A stretch of DNA of 64,000 nucleotides, from the NCBI GenBank assembly GCA_938003915.1, contig CALKWV010000076.1, positions 8,600-72,599 of the forward strand. Direction: 5' to 3'. Positions within the stretch are counted from its first letter, which is position 1; each line of letters begins with the position of its first letter. Both the position numbers and the translations under genes were made by a program. The DNA is from an uncultured Bacillota bacterium (GTDB taxonomy: Bacteria; Bacillota; Clostridia; Caldicoprobacterales; UBA3941). Under the pieces are notes generated by a model, which did not search any database, was not told the DNA's origin, and worked only from the letters and a program-made list of their open reading frames with translations. Below, in pieces: positions 55,140 through 64,000 of the stretch.

Positions 55140-57791
55140 CTATTTTTTACTATATTGAACCTGGTCCAATTGTTTTGCCCCTCTACTGTCAAGATCCACC
55201 ATGGCTTTTTTTATTATATCTAGAACAGGTTCTAACTTCTCATAATAAATTACTATAAGATCCCCAGGTAATGCTTCACTTATGGCTTTATTAAGTGCCT
55301 GTGTTTCAGAAAGGATTACTTCAATATGATCTTTTCCCATTCCTTGAGATAGGACTCCTTCTTCTAAAAGTTTAGCTACCTCTCCCTTCTTTCTGTTTCT
55401 TAAATCAGAATCTTCCTTAATAATTATCTTATCAAAAATTGTTGCAGCAATGCTACCAATGGCTTTTATTGTAGAATTATCTCTATCTCCAGGTACACCA
55501 ATAATGCCTATTAATCTAGATGCCCCCATTTTTTTGATTGCCTCGCCCATAAGTTTATAACCGGCTATATTATGCCCATAGTCTACTATTACTCTAAAGT
55601 CCTTAATATTAAATACGTTAAAGCGGCCTGGGTTTTGTAGCTCGTCTGAATAAAAAGAGGTCATAGCCTTCTCAATTATGGGAAGTGGCACCATCATAGA
55701 ATATGCTGCTGCTATTGCTGCAAGACAATTTTCTATATTATGTACTAACCTACCACCATAAGTTGCTGGTATCTTGGATATATGTAAACTCTGGATGTTT
55801 CCATTACCTGTTGCTATGGTCACATATTTGTTTCTTAAAAAAACAGCTTTACCTCCTGCCAAAATATGTTTATGAATAATTAAGTTATCTTCCTGTTTTG
55901 AAAAATATATAATGTTGCAATTTACCCTATTAGCTGCTTGCACAACCATGGGATCATCAGCATTCAAAACAGCATATCCATTTGATTTAACGGATTCAAT
56001 CACCAGAGATTTTATAAAAAGTAAATCATCTAGAGTTTCCACACCATCTATTCCTAAATGATCTTCGCTTAAATTGGTTAAGACTCCTACATCACTTAAA
56101 TCGTAAGCCAGCCCAGATCTTATTATACCACCTCTTGCTGTTTCCAGCACTGCTATATCAATAGTTTTATCCATAAGCACAGTTCTAGCGCTTATGGGGC
56201 CTGTAGTATCGCCTTTTACAAGACATTTATCGTTTATGTATATACCGCCGGTTACAGCCATTCCTACGTTCATTCCATATACCTTAAAAATATGAGATAT
56301 CATGCGTGCGGTTGTAGTCTTGCCATTAGTTCCGGTTATGGATATTATTGGCACCGAATGTTTTGCAGTTGGCGGAAATAGCATATCCACTATTAAGTCA
56401 GCTACTTTTCGTGGCTTTCCTTTTGAAGGGAAAAGATGCATACGAAGGCCTGGAGCTGCATTTACTTCTATAACTGCCCCACCATTGGTTGAAATAGGTT
56501 TTGATATATCTGGACATGTAATATCTACTCCTGCTACATCAAGTCCAATAATTTGACTTGCTCTAACTGCAATATCTCCATTTTCTGGATGGATTTTATC
56601 AGTACAATCTATTGCCTCTCCTCCTGTACTGATATTTCCATTTTGTTTCAAATAAACTTTTTTACCTTTTGGTGGAATGTCATCCAATTTGTATCCCTGT
56701 TTTAATAAAACCCTTAGACTAATATCATCTATTTTTATTTTTGTAAGAGGTTTCTCATGCCCCAGCCCTCTTCTAGGATCTTTATTAGCTATTTCCACTA
56801 GTTCCGCAATACTATGCACCCCATCACCGATAACATGGGCAGGAATCCGCCTTGCAACAGCCGCTACTCTGCCGTTTATTACAAGAACTCTGTAATCATT
56901 TCCTTTAATACACTTTTCCACTAATACCTTGCTATCAAATTTAGAAGCGATCATGAAAGCATCAGCTACTTCACTTGGACTATTAACATCTAGAGATACA
57001 CCTTTTCCTTGATTTCCTCTTTCAGGCTTAACTACTACCGGATATCCAATTTTTTCCGCTATATCTAAAGCTTGCTGTAGTGTTTTACAAACGCCTCCTT
57101 CCGGTACTGGTATCCCTACCTCATCAAGGATCATTTTTGTTGTTGTCTTATCACAGGCGATATCCACTGCAATACAGCTGGTATTTTCCACTATTGTGGC
57201 CTGTATTCTCTTTTGGTATTTACCATAGCCTAATTGAATGATGCTATCATTTCCAATTCTTGTAACAGGTATTTGTCTTCTCTCAGCTGCTTCTACAATT
57301 GCTTTTGTACTTGGACCCAACTGATTTTCATATACCTTCTCTTCTACAATATCTAGAGCACTATTAAGGTCAAAAGGCTGCTGATTGCACAAAGATTTTA
57401 CTAGTTGGACAGCTACTTTTGCTACTTCTAAACCTCTGGTTTCATCTATATATTCAAAGACTATAGTATAAAGAGAAGTGTCTTTGATTCTTCTAGCCTT
57501 CCCAAAACTTACATCTTCCCCCAATATATTCAATAGTTCTAGGGCTATATGTTCAATCACATGGGCCATGTAAGTTCCTTCATACAATCTTTCTACAAAC
57601 CCTCCTGGATAGCCAAGAGAGCATTTGTGTTCATATAAACCAGGTAGGATTTCAAGGAGTTTAGCATTAAAATTTTCAATATCTTTAGATGAAATATCTA
57701 TCCATTCACCTAAGTCTACAACCATTTTTATAGTCTTTCTATGACTATATATATTCCTTCCTTTAAAAGCCTTAAGCTCTATGATCTTCAA
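55140..57791 (-). CDS. cphA: cyanophycin synthetase
   Basis: 883 aa from TTG 57791 (AGGAGG 7 nt upstream). Has an N-domain ((M)KIIELKAFKGRNIYS), an ATP-grasp domain (VVVKPERGNQGKGV) and a Mur-ligase-like domain (ITGTNGKTTT). The ORF-track start at 57857 would overlap cphB. Confidence 0.93.
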   Translation of the reverse strand: MKIIELKAFKGRNIYSHRKTIKMVVDLGEWIDISSKDIENFNAKLLEILPGLYEHKCSLGYPGGFVERLYEGTYMAHVIEHIALELLNILGEDVSFGKARRIKDTSLYTIVFEYIDETRGLEVAKVAVQLVKSLCNQQPFDLNSALDIVEEKVYENQLGPSTKAIVEAAERRQIPVTRIGNDSIIQLGYGKYQKRIQATIVENTSCIAVDIACDKTTTKMILDEVGIPVPEGGVCKTLQQALDIAEKIGYPVVVKPERGNQGKGVSLDVNSPSEVADAFMIASKFDSKVLVEKCIKGNDYRVLVINGRVAAVARRIPAHVIGDGVHSIAELVEIANKDPRRGLGHEKPLTKIKIDDISLRVLLKQGYKLDDIPPKGKKVYLKQNGNISTGGEAIDCTDKIHPENGDIAVRASQIIGLDVAGVDITCPDISKPISTNGGAVIEVNAAPGLRMHLFPSKGKPRKVADLIVDMLFPPTAKHSVPIISITGTNGKTTTARMISHIFKVYGMNVGMAVTGGIYINDKCLVKGDTTGPISARTVLMDKTIDIAVLETARGGIIRSGLAYDLSDVGVLTNLSEDHLGIDGVETLDDLLFIKSLVIESVKSNGYAVLNADDPMVVQAANRVNCNIIYFSKQEDNLIIHKHILAGGKAVFLRNKYVTIATGNGNIQSLHISKIPATYGGRLVHNIENCLAAIAAAYSMMVPLPIIEKAMTSFYSDELQNPGRFNVFNIKDFRVIVDYGHNIAGYKLMGEAIKKMGASRLIGIIGVPGDRDNSTIKAIGSIAATIFDKIIIKEDSDLRNRKKGEVAKLLEEGVLSQGMGKDHIEVILSETQALNKAISEALPGDLIVIYYEKLEPVLDIIKKAMVDLDSRGAKQLDQVQYSKK

Positions 57792-57795
57792 GTCA

Positions 57796-58605
57796 CTACC
57801 TCCTAAGTATAGGTTTTCGAGTTTTAATATTATATTTATATCCTGCTGGCAATACATGCATTTTTATATTTGTAAAAGCCAATATTTCATCGGGTTCTAG
57901 TTCCGATACATTGCTATAATCCGAATGACTTCCGTCTATAATTGTAACTGCATTAGATCCTATGACCTCAAAAATAGCAGCATCATTTATAATTAATGCC
58001 GTATCCTCATCAATTCCAATTCCCAAAACATGGGGATTTTGGGCTATAGCAGTCAATAGCCTCCCTATCCTACCTCTTTGAGCAAAATGTTGATCTATTA
58101 CAACATCTTTAAGTAATCCCAAGCCAGGTGCCATTTTCAGTGTGCATTTTCTAGGTGCATCTTCATTGTTACCTGAAATTATCATAGTTTCACTCATAAC
58201 TGATGCTCCGGCACTGGTTCCAGCAATTATAGCACCGCTATCATAAGCTGTGTATAGAGCATTTTCAGCTCTAGTACCTCCCATTACAGATGTAATACGC
58301 AATTGATCGCCACCTGTTATAAATATACAAGAGGCCTGACTTATTAACTGACTTTTTTCTATCTCATTGGCATCCTGCCTAGTTCGAATATGGACTGCAG
58401 AAATATGGGAGGCCCCCAATCTTTCAAAAACTTCAATATATTCCCTAGCAGTTTTCTCGGGATACTCTGTTGCTGCTGTTAATATTACCACATCCCCTTC
58501 TCTAGATTTGGATAAATCTATAAGGGTCTTTAATATTGTGCAGTCCTCTTTTTTGTCTTCAGCTCCGCCAATTATCATCAAAGTTCCTTTTATAACTTCC
58601 TCCAT
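57796..58605 (-). CDS. cphB: cyanophycinase (peptidase S51)
   Basis: GTLMIIGGAEDK, GGDQLR and the catalytic-serine region AGTSAGASVMS. ATG 58605 has AGGAGA 6 nt upstream; the ORF track starts at GTG 58623. Confidence 0.9.
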   Translation of the reverse strand: MEEVIKGTLMIIGGAEDKKEDCTILKTLIDLSKSREGDVVILTAATEYPEKTAREYIEVFERLGASHISAVHIRTRQDANEIEKSQLISQASCIFITGGDQLRITSVMGGTRAENALYTAYDSGAIIAGTSAGASVMSETMIISGNNEDAPRKCTLKMAPGLGLLKDVVIDQHFAQRGRIGRLLTAIAQNPHVLGIGIDEDTALIINDAAIFEVIGSNAVTIIDGSHSDYSNVSELEPDEILAFTNIKMHVLPAGYKYNIKTRKPILRR

Positions 58606-58674
58606 ATCCTTTCTCCTATTCACAGCAATGATATTATTTTCTCTTATTCTAATAATTTTATTCCAAATTTTACA

Positions 58675-58718
58675 TTAAAAAATGAGGGTCCCATACTACT
58701 AATATGAGAACCCCCATT
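58675..58718 (-). terminator. terminator after the membrane-protein gene, upstream of cphB
   Basis: On the minus strand: AATGGGGGT-20 nt-ACCCTCATT (one G-U pair) followed by TTTTAA. Confidence 0.65.
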
Positions 58719-58726
58719 TTCCTGAT

Positions 58727-59287
58727 TTATCTATCTACTTTTGACTTTTCAGCTCTTTGAGCATCTGATTCTTTAATTACATCCAATATTTTTTTACGTC
58801 TTCTCTGTCCATCTAAATAGCTCAAGCCTGTTAAAATAGGTAAAATAGCAATTGGTATAATAGCAATATATGGCATTTTATCCTGGAAAGTTATGAAAAG
58901 TTTAGTATACGGAGCCAAGCATATCCTAAGAACTATTTCTGCATAGTTAACTTTAGCCTCTATTATTATTGCTAATATGTATAGAATCAATACAGGTATA
59001 GATGCTATTAGTCCAATTATAAAACCTTTCGGCTTCCAAAATATATTTCGTTTTAGATCACTCTGACTAATATAGCTAATATCAGAGTAAATTATAAACC
59101 ACAAGAAAAAAATTAGTAATAGCCCGATCAACCATTGATAGATTTCATTATTTTCCCACAAGCTCATCAATGGTATCATGAGAAAAAATTCTACTATAGA
59201 AATTATGATATGAGTGCCAATAAGCTTTAAGCTTAATTTACCAACTCCCATAAGATTCATCCTTCCAAAAAAGATATAATTTCTCAC
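58727..59287 (-). CDS. polytopic membrane protein, unknown function
   Basis: Has 4-5 hydrophobic helices and a basic C-terminal tail. It lies downstream of degU. The start is uncertain: GTG 59287, or ATG 59251 preceded by GGAAGG. Confidence 0.5.
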   Translation of the reverse strand: MRNYIFFGRMNLMGVGKLSLKLIGTHIIISIVEFFLMIPLMSLWENNEIYQWLIGLLLIFFLWFIIYSDISYISQSDLKRNIFWKPKGFIIGLIASIPVLILYILAIIIEAKVNYAEIVLRICLAPYTKLFITFQDKMPYIAIIPIAILPILTGLSYLDGQRRRKKILDVIKESDAQRAEKSKVDR

Positions 59288-59374
59288 CCTATATCTTCCT
59301 AGTACTGTTATATCCTAATAATTAGCATAAGCCTTTATTATAATATTGTATAACATAAGTCAATAGTTTACTAG

Positions 59375-60040
59375 CTAAATACCATATTGTTTTTTATTTT
59401 TCTTGAAAACATACACAGCAGCTTGAGTCCTGTCAGAAACATCTATCTTTTTGAATATATTTGAAACGTGATTTTTTACCGTCTTATCACTAATAAATAA
59501 TTCATCTGCAATCTCACGATTATTTTTCCCTTCTGCTATCAACAATAGTACCTCTATTTCTCTCTGTGTTAAATTGTCTTGCTCTAATTCCTTAATTATA
59601 TCTCTAGTGCTAATATCATCATTGTCTTTTTCAAGATTATTCATATTATCAATTATATTAGGATGGATGTATTTCTCTCCGTTATGAACAACACGAATAG
59701 CTTCAATAAGCTGATCAGATTCAGCATCCTTCATAATATAACCTGAGGCTCCTGCTTTCATGGATTTTCTGAGATATTCCCTGTCTTCATGAATTGTTAA
59801 GACTATTATTCGAGCAGTAGAACCTCTTTCCTTCAATTCCTTAATAGCTTCCATTCCGTTTTTTATAGGCATATTAATGTCCATAAGTATGACATCAGGC
59901 TTAGTTAATAAGGCTTTTTCTACTGCCTCCTCCCCATTCTTTGCTTGGGCAACAACTCGAATATCATCTTCTAATTCTAATATCTGTTGTAAACCTTTCC
60001 TCATAAGTGAGTGATCGTCTGCAATCATGACGTTAATCAT
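59375..60040 (-). CDS. degU: NarL/LuxR-family response regulator, DegU-like
   Basis: Receiver domain (IADDH...DVILMDINMP...LTIHED) plus a LuxR HTH (LTQREIEVLLLIAEGKNNREIADELFISDKTVKNHVSNIF). Confidence 0.85.
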   Translation of the reverse strand: MINVMIADDHSLMRKGLQQILELEDDIRVVAQAKNGEEAVEKALLTKPDVILMDINMPIKNGMEAIKELKERGSTARIIVLTIHEDREYLRKSMKAGASGYIMKDAESDQLIEAIRVVHNGEKYIHPNIIDNMNNLEKDNDDISTRDIIKELEQDNLTQREIEVLLLIAEGKNNREIADELFISDKTVKNHVSNIFKKIDVSDRTQAAVYVFKKNKKQYGI

Positions 60041-60050
60041 TTGTAATTTT

Positions 60051-61223
60051 TCACTCCTTTTCTTGTGGATTTAATGGAATTTCGATTCTCACTGTCGTGC
60101 CTTTCCCCACACGGGAATTAATACTAAATTTCCCTTTCATAAGTTCAGCTCGTTGTTTCATGCTATAAATCCCAAAACCACCATAATCAATATTTCTTGA
60201 TGGGGCAAAACACTCGTCTGTTATATCAAATCCTTTACCATTATCTATTACCGAAGCTATTAACATATCTTCTATTATCTTTAAACTAATAAATACCTGA
60301 GTAGCGTTTGCATGCTTTACAACATTGTTCAAAGCTTCCTGAATTATCCTAAAAACTGCTACTTCTATTAGGGGATTAATACTTACATACTCTGGATAAG
60401 TTTCCAAAATCACATCAATATTAGTTTCATTCATAAATCGATTGGTATATTGCTTTAAGGTGGCGATTAGTCCAAGATCATCTAGTGACATAGGACGAAG
60501 ATCGAAAATTATCCTACGTATCTCTTGAAGAGAGCTTCGCACTAATTTTTTAAGATCTCGAATTTCTTCGCGAGCCCTGTCTACATCCATATCCACTAAT
60601 TTCTCGCACAATTCTGTTTTTAAAGCTAAGTTAGAAAGGGATTGGGCAGGACCATCATGTATGTCTCTTGCCACTCTTTGACGCTCTTCCTCTTGGGCCA
60701 TGATGATTCTTATACCCATCTCTTCTTTCTTTTGAATCTCTAAAATAGTGTCATCTAAATTTGTAAGAGCGATTTTTAGATAATTCATGGCTGAAGCAAC
60801 ATGACTTGTTATATATTCTGCTCTTTCCAAGGTTGAGCGCATCCTTCTTAATTGATGTTCTAAATCAGTACGTTGAGCTATAAGCTGTTCCTCTTGTTTT
60901 CTATAAATAAGGACCTGAATCTGTAAATCTTTAGTTTCGTCATAAGCTTTTCTTATATCCTCTTCATCATATTTTTTTAAGTTCTTGCTAATTACCATAA
61001 GTTTATATCTGCTCTTTCTTTCTAGCTTTTCTAACCGCTCCACCTCTTCAATAGTTTTGACTATTTTTACTTGTAATGCCTCAAGACAGGACTCAAGTCT
61101 CTTGCACTCCTGCCTACACTCCTCAGCTATTTCAAATATTTCTTTTTTCCCTTTTTCTATTGCTGCTATGGTTTTTTGAACTATTTGATCCATCTGTGCT
61201 AAATGTACAGAATCTTTGGCCAC
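60051..61223 (-). CDS. degS: cytoplasmic sensor histidine kinase, DegS-like
   Basis: No TM. A DegS-type coiled-coil N-domain is followed by HisKA_3 (RIIMAQEEERQRVARDIHDGPAQSL) and HATPase_c. The layout is closely parallel to B. subtilis DegS. Confidence 0.85.
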   Translation of the reverse strand: MAKDSVHLAQMDQIVQKTIAAIEKGKKEIFEIAEECRQECKRLESCLEALQVKIVKTIEEVERLEKLERKSRYKLMVISKNLKKYDEEDIRKAYDETKDLQIQVLIYRKQEEQLIAQRTDLEHQLRRMRSTLERAEYITSHVASAMNYLKIALTNLDDTILEIQKKEEMGIRIIMAQEEERQRVARDIHDGPAQSLSNLALKTELCEKLVDMDVDRAREEIRDLKKLVRSSLQEIRRIIFDLRPMSLDDLGLIATLKQYTNRFMNETNIDVILETYPEYVSINPLIEVAVFRIIQEALNNVVKHANATQVFISLKIIEDMLIASVIDNGKGFDITDECFAPSRNIDYGGFGIYSMKQRAELMKGKFSINSRVGKGTTVRIEIPLNPQEKE

Positions 61224-61359
61224 TTTATCAATCTCCTATGTATAAAAATATAATTGAAATATTGAAACATAATAAATATACACAACTCTATTATTTCGAC
61301 ATTTTTTTATTATTTCCTCTTTATTAGTAGCAGAAATCCTTATATTTACAAAAGAATAT

Positions 61360-61388
61360 TAAAAAGACACTGTTTGTACTCAGTGTCT
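61360..61388 (-). terminator. rho-independent terminator after the 5-FTHF cyclo-ligase gene
   Basis: On the minus strand: AGACACTG-8 nt-CAGTGTCT followed by TTTTTAA. It abuts the stop codon. Confidence 0.8.
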
Positions 61389-61969
61389 TAGCATGTAACT
61401 ATCTCATTTTCTGTTATTATCATATCCAACGGGACATCCAAAGAGTCTACTGGCACTTCCTCTATAAGTTGAAAATTATATGCTAATCCTATTTTAAGTG
61501 TATTTGCGGATACAGTTTTGAGAAAACCATCGTAATAACCTTTGCCATATCCTAGCCTATTCCCTTTTCTATCGAATGCCAAGCCAGGCACTAAAACAAT
61601 CTCTAGCGTTTCCGGTTCAATTGGTCTTATTAAGTCACTTTTCGGCTCTAAAAGTCCAAAATGTGAAGATACCAATTCATTCATATGAAAAATCTGAGAT
61701 GCAATAAGCTCTGTAGTTTCTGGTACACATACTGGTACTGAAACATTTTTTTCATCCTTTAAAAGCTGCTTTATTATCTCAATTGTTCTGACTTCGCTTC
61801 TTACACTTACATAGCTCATATAATTTTTATAGGAGCTATTATTTAACAGTGAATTTAATTGGTCTTTAATTTTTTTGCTTCTGTCCAATATTTCCTCTTC
61901 ACTTAGTTTATTCCTTAACTCTTGCATTTCTGTTCGAAGTTTCCTTTTTTCCTTAATTATATCCTTCAT
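61388..61969 (-). CDS. 5-formyltetrahydrofolate cyclo-ligase
   Basis: KRKLRTEM..LRNKLS start, LVPGLAFDRKGNRLGYGKGYYD motif. ATG 61969 has GGAGGG 5 nt upstream, just after the alr stop. Confidence 0.88.
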   Translation of the reverse strand: MKDIIKEKRKLRTEMQELRNKLSEEEILDRSKKIKDQLNSLLNNSSYKNYMSYVSVRSEVRTIEIIKQLLKDEKNVSVPVCVPETTELIASQIFHMNELVSSHFGLLEPKSDLIRPIEPETLEIVLVPGLAFDRKGNRLGYGKGYYDGFLKTVSANTLKIGLAYNFQLIEEVPVDSLDVPLDMIITENEIVTC

Positions 61970-61970
61970 A

Positions 61971-63092
61971 TTAACCCTCCACATATATACGAGGAACCCT
62001 TTTATTTATATTAGTAATAACCTCATAGGAAATAGTACCATATAATTTAGCTATATCATCAGCAAAAATCCTCTCATTGCCTTGCTGTCCTAACAATACT
62101 ACATCATCACCTATCTGTGCTTCTGGTATGTCTGTAACATCCACTAGCATTTGATCCATGCATATATTACCTATTATGGGGGCTTTCTTACCTCTTATAA
62201 TAACCCAGCCCCTATTGCTTAATAGCCTGCTATAACCGTCACCATACCCTACAGGAAGGGTGGCTACTTTTCTTGGTTCTTCAGCTATATAAGTTCTTCC
62301 ATAGCTAACACTACAACCTAAACCAATCTCCTTTATATAAACTATTTTAGTGTACCAGTTAAGAATCGGTTCAAGCTCTAAGCCTTGCCTTCTGCTGTAC
62401 TTGGGTTCATAGCCATACATTCCTATACCTGTTCTAACCAAATTATAATGGGATTCAGGATAATTAATTATTGAAGCTGTATTGGCAGCATGAATCCATC
62501 TAGGTTTTATACCTGCTTTTTTTATTTCGTCTAATACCTTATTAAAACGCTCTAACTGCATTAATGAGTATCCATTGTCATTACACTCATCTGCACAGGC
62601 AAAGTGGGTGAATATACCTTCTAATATTAGATAATCCATTTTCTCTATTTCAGCACATAGACTAGTAGCTTCATCTATATCTCTAACTCCAATTCTACCC
62701 ATGCCACTATCTATTTTAACATGTACTTTGACCTTCTTTTGTTTGTTTCCTGCTTTTTGGTTTATCAACCTAGCCATATCTATAGTAAAAACACAAACTG
62801 ATAGATTATAATCTATTACTAAATCTATTTGATTAACATCAATACCACTTAAAACTAATATATCACAATTTATACCTGCTTCTCTTAGCTGAACACCTTC
62901 TTCCGGCACAGCAACTCCCAAAAGCCTAGCCCCTGATTTTAAAGCCTGCTTTGCTATTTCCACAATTCCATGCCCATAAGCATTGGCCTTAACAACCGCC
63001 ATTAATGCAGTTCCAGGGTTAAGCAGGCCCATTAATTTTTGTATATTTCTATCCAACTTAGTAAGACTTATTTCTACCCTAGTAGGTCTCAT
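61971..63092 (-). CDS. alr: alanine racemase
   Basis: PLP-lysine motif AVVKANAYGHG, plus GYGDGY and the C-terminal YEVITNINKRVPRIY. ATG 63092 (MRPTRVEISL) has AGAGGTG upstream; the ORF track starts at 63146. Confidence 0.93.
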   Translation of the reverse strand: MRPTRVEISLTKLDRNIQKLMGLLNPGTALMAVVKANAYGHGIVEIAKQALKSGARLLGVAVPEEGVQLREAGINCDILVLSGIDVNQIDLVIDYNLSVCVFTIDMARLINQKAGNKQKKVKVHVKIDSGMGRIGVRDIDEATSLCAEIEKMDYLILEGIFTHFACADECNDNGYSLMQLERFNKVLDEIKKAGIKPRWIHAANTASIINYPESHYNLVRTGIGMYGYEPKYSRRQGLELEPILNWYTKIVYIKEIGLGCSVSYGRTYIAEEPRKVATLPVGYGDGYSRLLSNRGWVIIRGKKAPIIGNICMDQMLVDVTDIPEAQIGDDVVLLGQQGNERIFADDIAKLYGTISYEVITNINKRVPRIYVEG

Positions 63093-63183
63093 AAAATCAC
63101 CTCTAAGGCCATTATACCTATCATATATTCTTTTTTCTAGAGCCACATCTCCTCTTTTTTATATAGTAGTGGCATATAAGGGG

Positions 63184-63615
63184 TTAAAGCTCATATACTT
63201 CTTGACTAGATAAAATATTAATCTTTTTCTCTTTTAAAGCTTTAATGGCTCTATCTGTATCATTTAGCTTAAAAAGGATCAAAGCTTTCTGAGAGGGCCT
63301 TCTTACAAATGAATAAAGGTACTCTATACTGATCTGGTGATTACTAAGTATTTCAAGAACTTGATGTAATCCTCCCGGACAATCGGGCACTTCCACTGCC
63401 AATACATCTGCTGTGTTTACAGTAAAGCCCGCATTCTTTAAGACTTTTACAGCTAGCTGAGGCCTATTTACTATCATTCTGATTATACCAAAATTAGCAG
63501 TCTCAGCTATAGATATGGCGCTGATATCTATATTGTTTCGACTTAATACGTCAGTAACTTGTACCAAGCGACCCTTTTTATTTTCTAAAAACACAGAGAT
63601 TTGTTTTACAGTCAT
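63184..63615 (-). CDS. ACT-domain protein (tandem ACT, PaaK-associated type)
   Basis: MTVKQISVFLENKKGRLVQVTDVLS is followed by a second ACT-like repeat. ATG 63615 has GAGGGGAG upstream. It sits directly downstream of paaK, as is common. Confidence 0.75.
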   Translation of the reverse strand: MTVKQISVFLENKKGRLVQVTDVLSRNNIDISAISIAETANFGIIRMIVNRPQLAVKVLKNAGFTVNTADVLAVEVPDCPGGLHQVLEILSNHQISIEYLYSFVRRPSQKALILFKLNDTDRAIKALKEKKINILSSQEVYEL

Positions 63616-63628
63616 TTTATCTCCCCTC

Positions 63629-64000
63629 TTATTTTCTTCTATCAAGCACTCTTACAGCTTTACCCTGGCTTCTCTCTATGGTTTTGGGTTCAACTAGTTT
63701 CACCTTGGCAGATAATCCTAGGGTACATTGAATTTCATTGGCAATCCTTTGTTTTAAATTTTCTAATTTGCGTACTTCATCGGAAAAGAGGTTTTCGGAT
63801 ACTTCTATCCATACCTCTAAACTATCCATATTCCCAACCCGATCAATAACCAAAAGATAATGTGGCTCTGCCTCGCCAATATTCACTAAGATGCTCTCAA
63901 TCTGAGAAGGGAATACGTTAACTCCGCGAATAACTAGCATATCGTCTGTCCTTCCCAGAACCTTATGCATTCTAACATGGGTACGACCACATGGGCATGG
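63629..64000 (-). CDS. paaK: phenylacetate-CoA ligase, C-terminal part (5' end outside the window)
   Basis: [20 protein letters not shown]...[10 protein letters not shown] is the PaaK C-terminal domain. The frame stays open to the window edge ([13 protein letters not shown]). Confidence 0.85.
   Translation of the reverse strand, partial: PCPCGRTHVRMHKVLGRTDDMLVIRGVNVFPSQIESILVNIGEAEPHYLLVIDRVGNMDSLEVWIEVSENLFSDEVRKLENLKQRIANEIQCTLGLSAKVKLVEPKTIERSQGKAVRVLDRRK

Noticed and set aside
55140-57857. The ORF-track start of cphA at 57857, which gives a 22-aa N-terminal extension overlapping cphB.
   Set aside because: TTG 57791 has a perfect AGGAGG at the right spacing and yields the canonical cyanophycin synthetase N-terminus. 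The extension has no RBS and overlaps the cphB coding end.
1-64000. Scanned for CRISPR arrays, IS/transposase genes, prophage blocks, toxin-antitoxin pairs and obvious defence genes.
   Set aside because: I found no regularly spaced direct repeats, no transposase or integrase other than the Xer-like gene, no terminal inverted repeats bounding a segment, and no nuclease/ATPase defence-type ORFs. The window reads as conserved core genome.

Overview
This is 64 kb of a low-GC, endospore-forming Firmicutes (Clostridia-type) chromosome. It is densely coding core genome with about 67 CDS and 6 tRNAs. I saw no rRNA, CRISPR array, IS/transposon or prophage block.

The left third (1-22.9 kb) is almost entirely on the + strand. 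It holds type IV pilus minor pilins plus pilMNO, aroK/aroQ, efp, the complete spoIIIAA-AH operon, rny, spoVS, an M19 dipeptidase, a PHP phosphatase, an aspartate aminotransferase, a lone tRNA-Trp, proC and rnhC. It ends with a XerS-like tyrosine recombinase and an SOS node: a yneA-like LysM gene divergent from lexA, with three LexA boxes.

The right two thirds are mostly on the - strand. They hold miaB-mutS-mutL-miaA-hfq-ynbB, a gerA-type germinant receptor operon, DUF1015, an orphan Rad52/Sak-like protein, azlCD, and a GntP-family permease with a glycerate kinase. Next come a 5-tRNA operon, hisZGDCBAF(IE) without hisH, and a divergent hisK-type phosphatase. The remainder is a cphB-cphA cyanophycin operon extended by DUF2156 and Eis-like GNAT genes, degS-degU, 5-formyl-THF cyclo-ligase, alr, an ACT protein and the 3' end of paaK.

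I found no clear defence island or mobile element. The best candidates for new biology are:
- the four-gene cyanophycin operon with a tRNA-transferase-fold protein and a GNAT;
- a convergent strand-bias switch next to the XerS-like gene, with difSL-like sequence fragments, suggesting a possible terminus or dif region;
- the orphan SSAP-like gene;
- a 1-nt frameshift in a C-tract at the 5' end of the GntP permease.

All functional calls rest on my own recognition of motifs, gene order and sizes. No database search or computation was run. Several start codons were re-assigned from the ORF track on RBS evidence.
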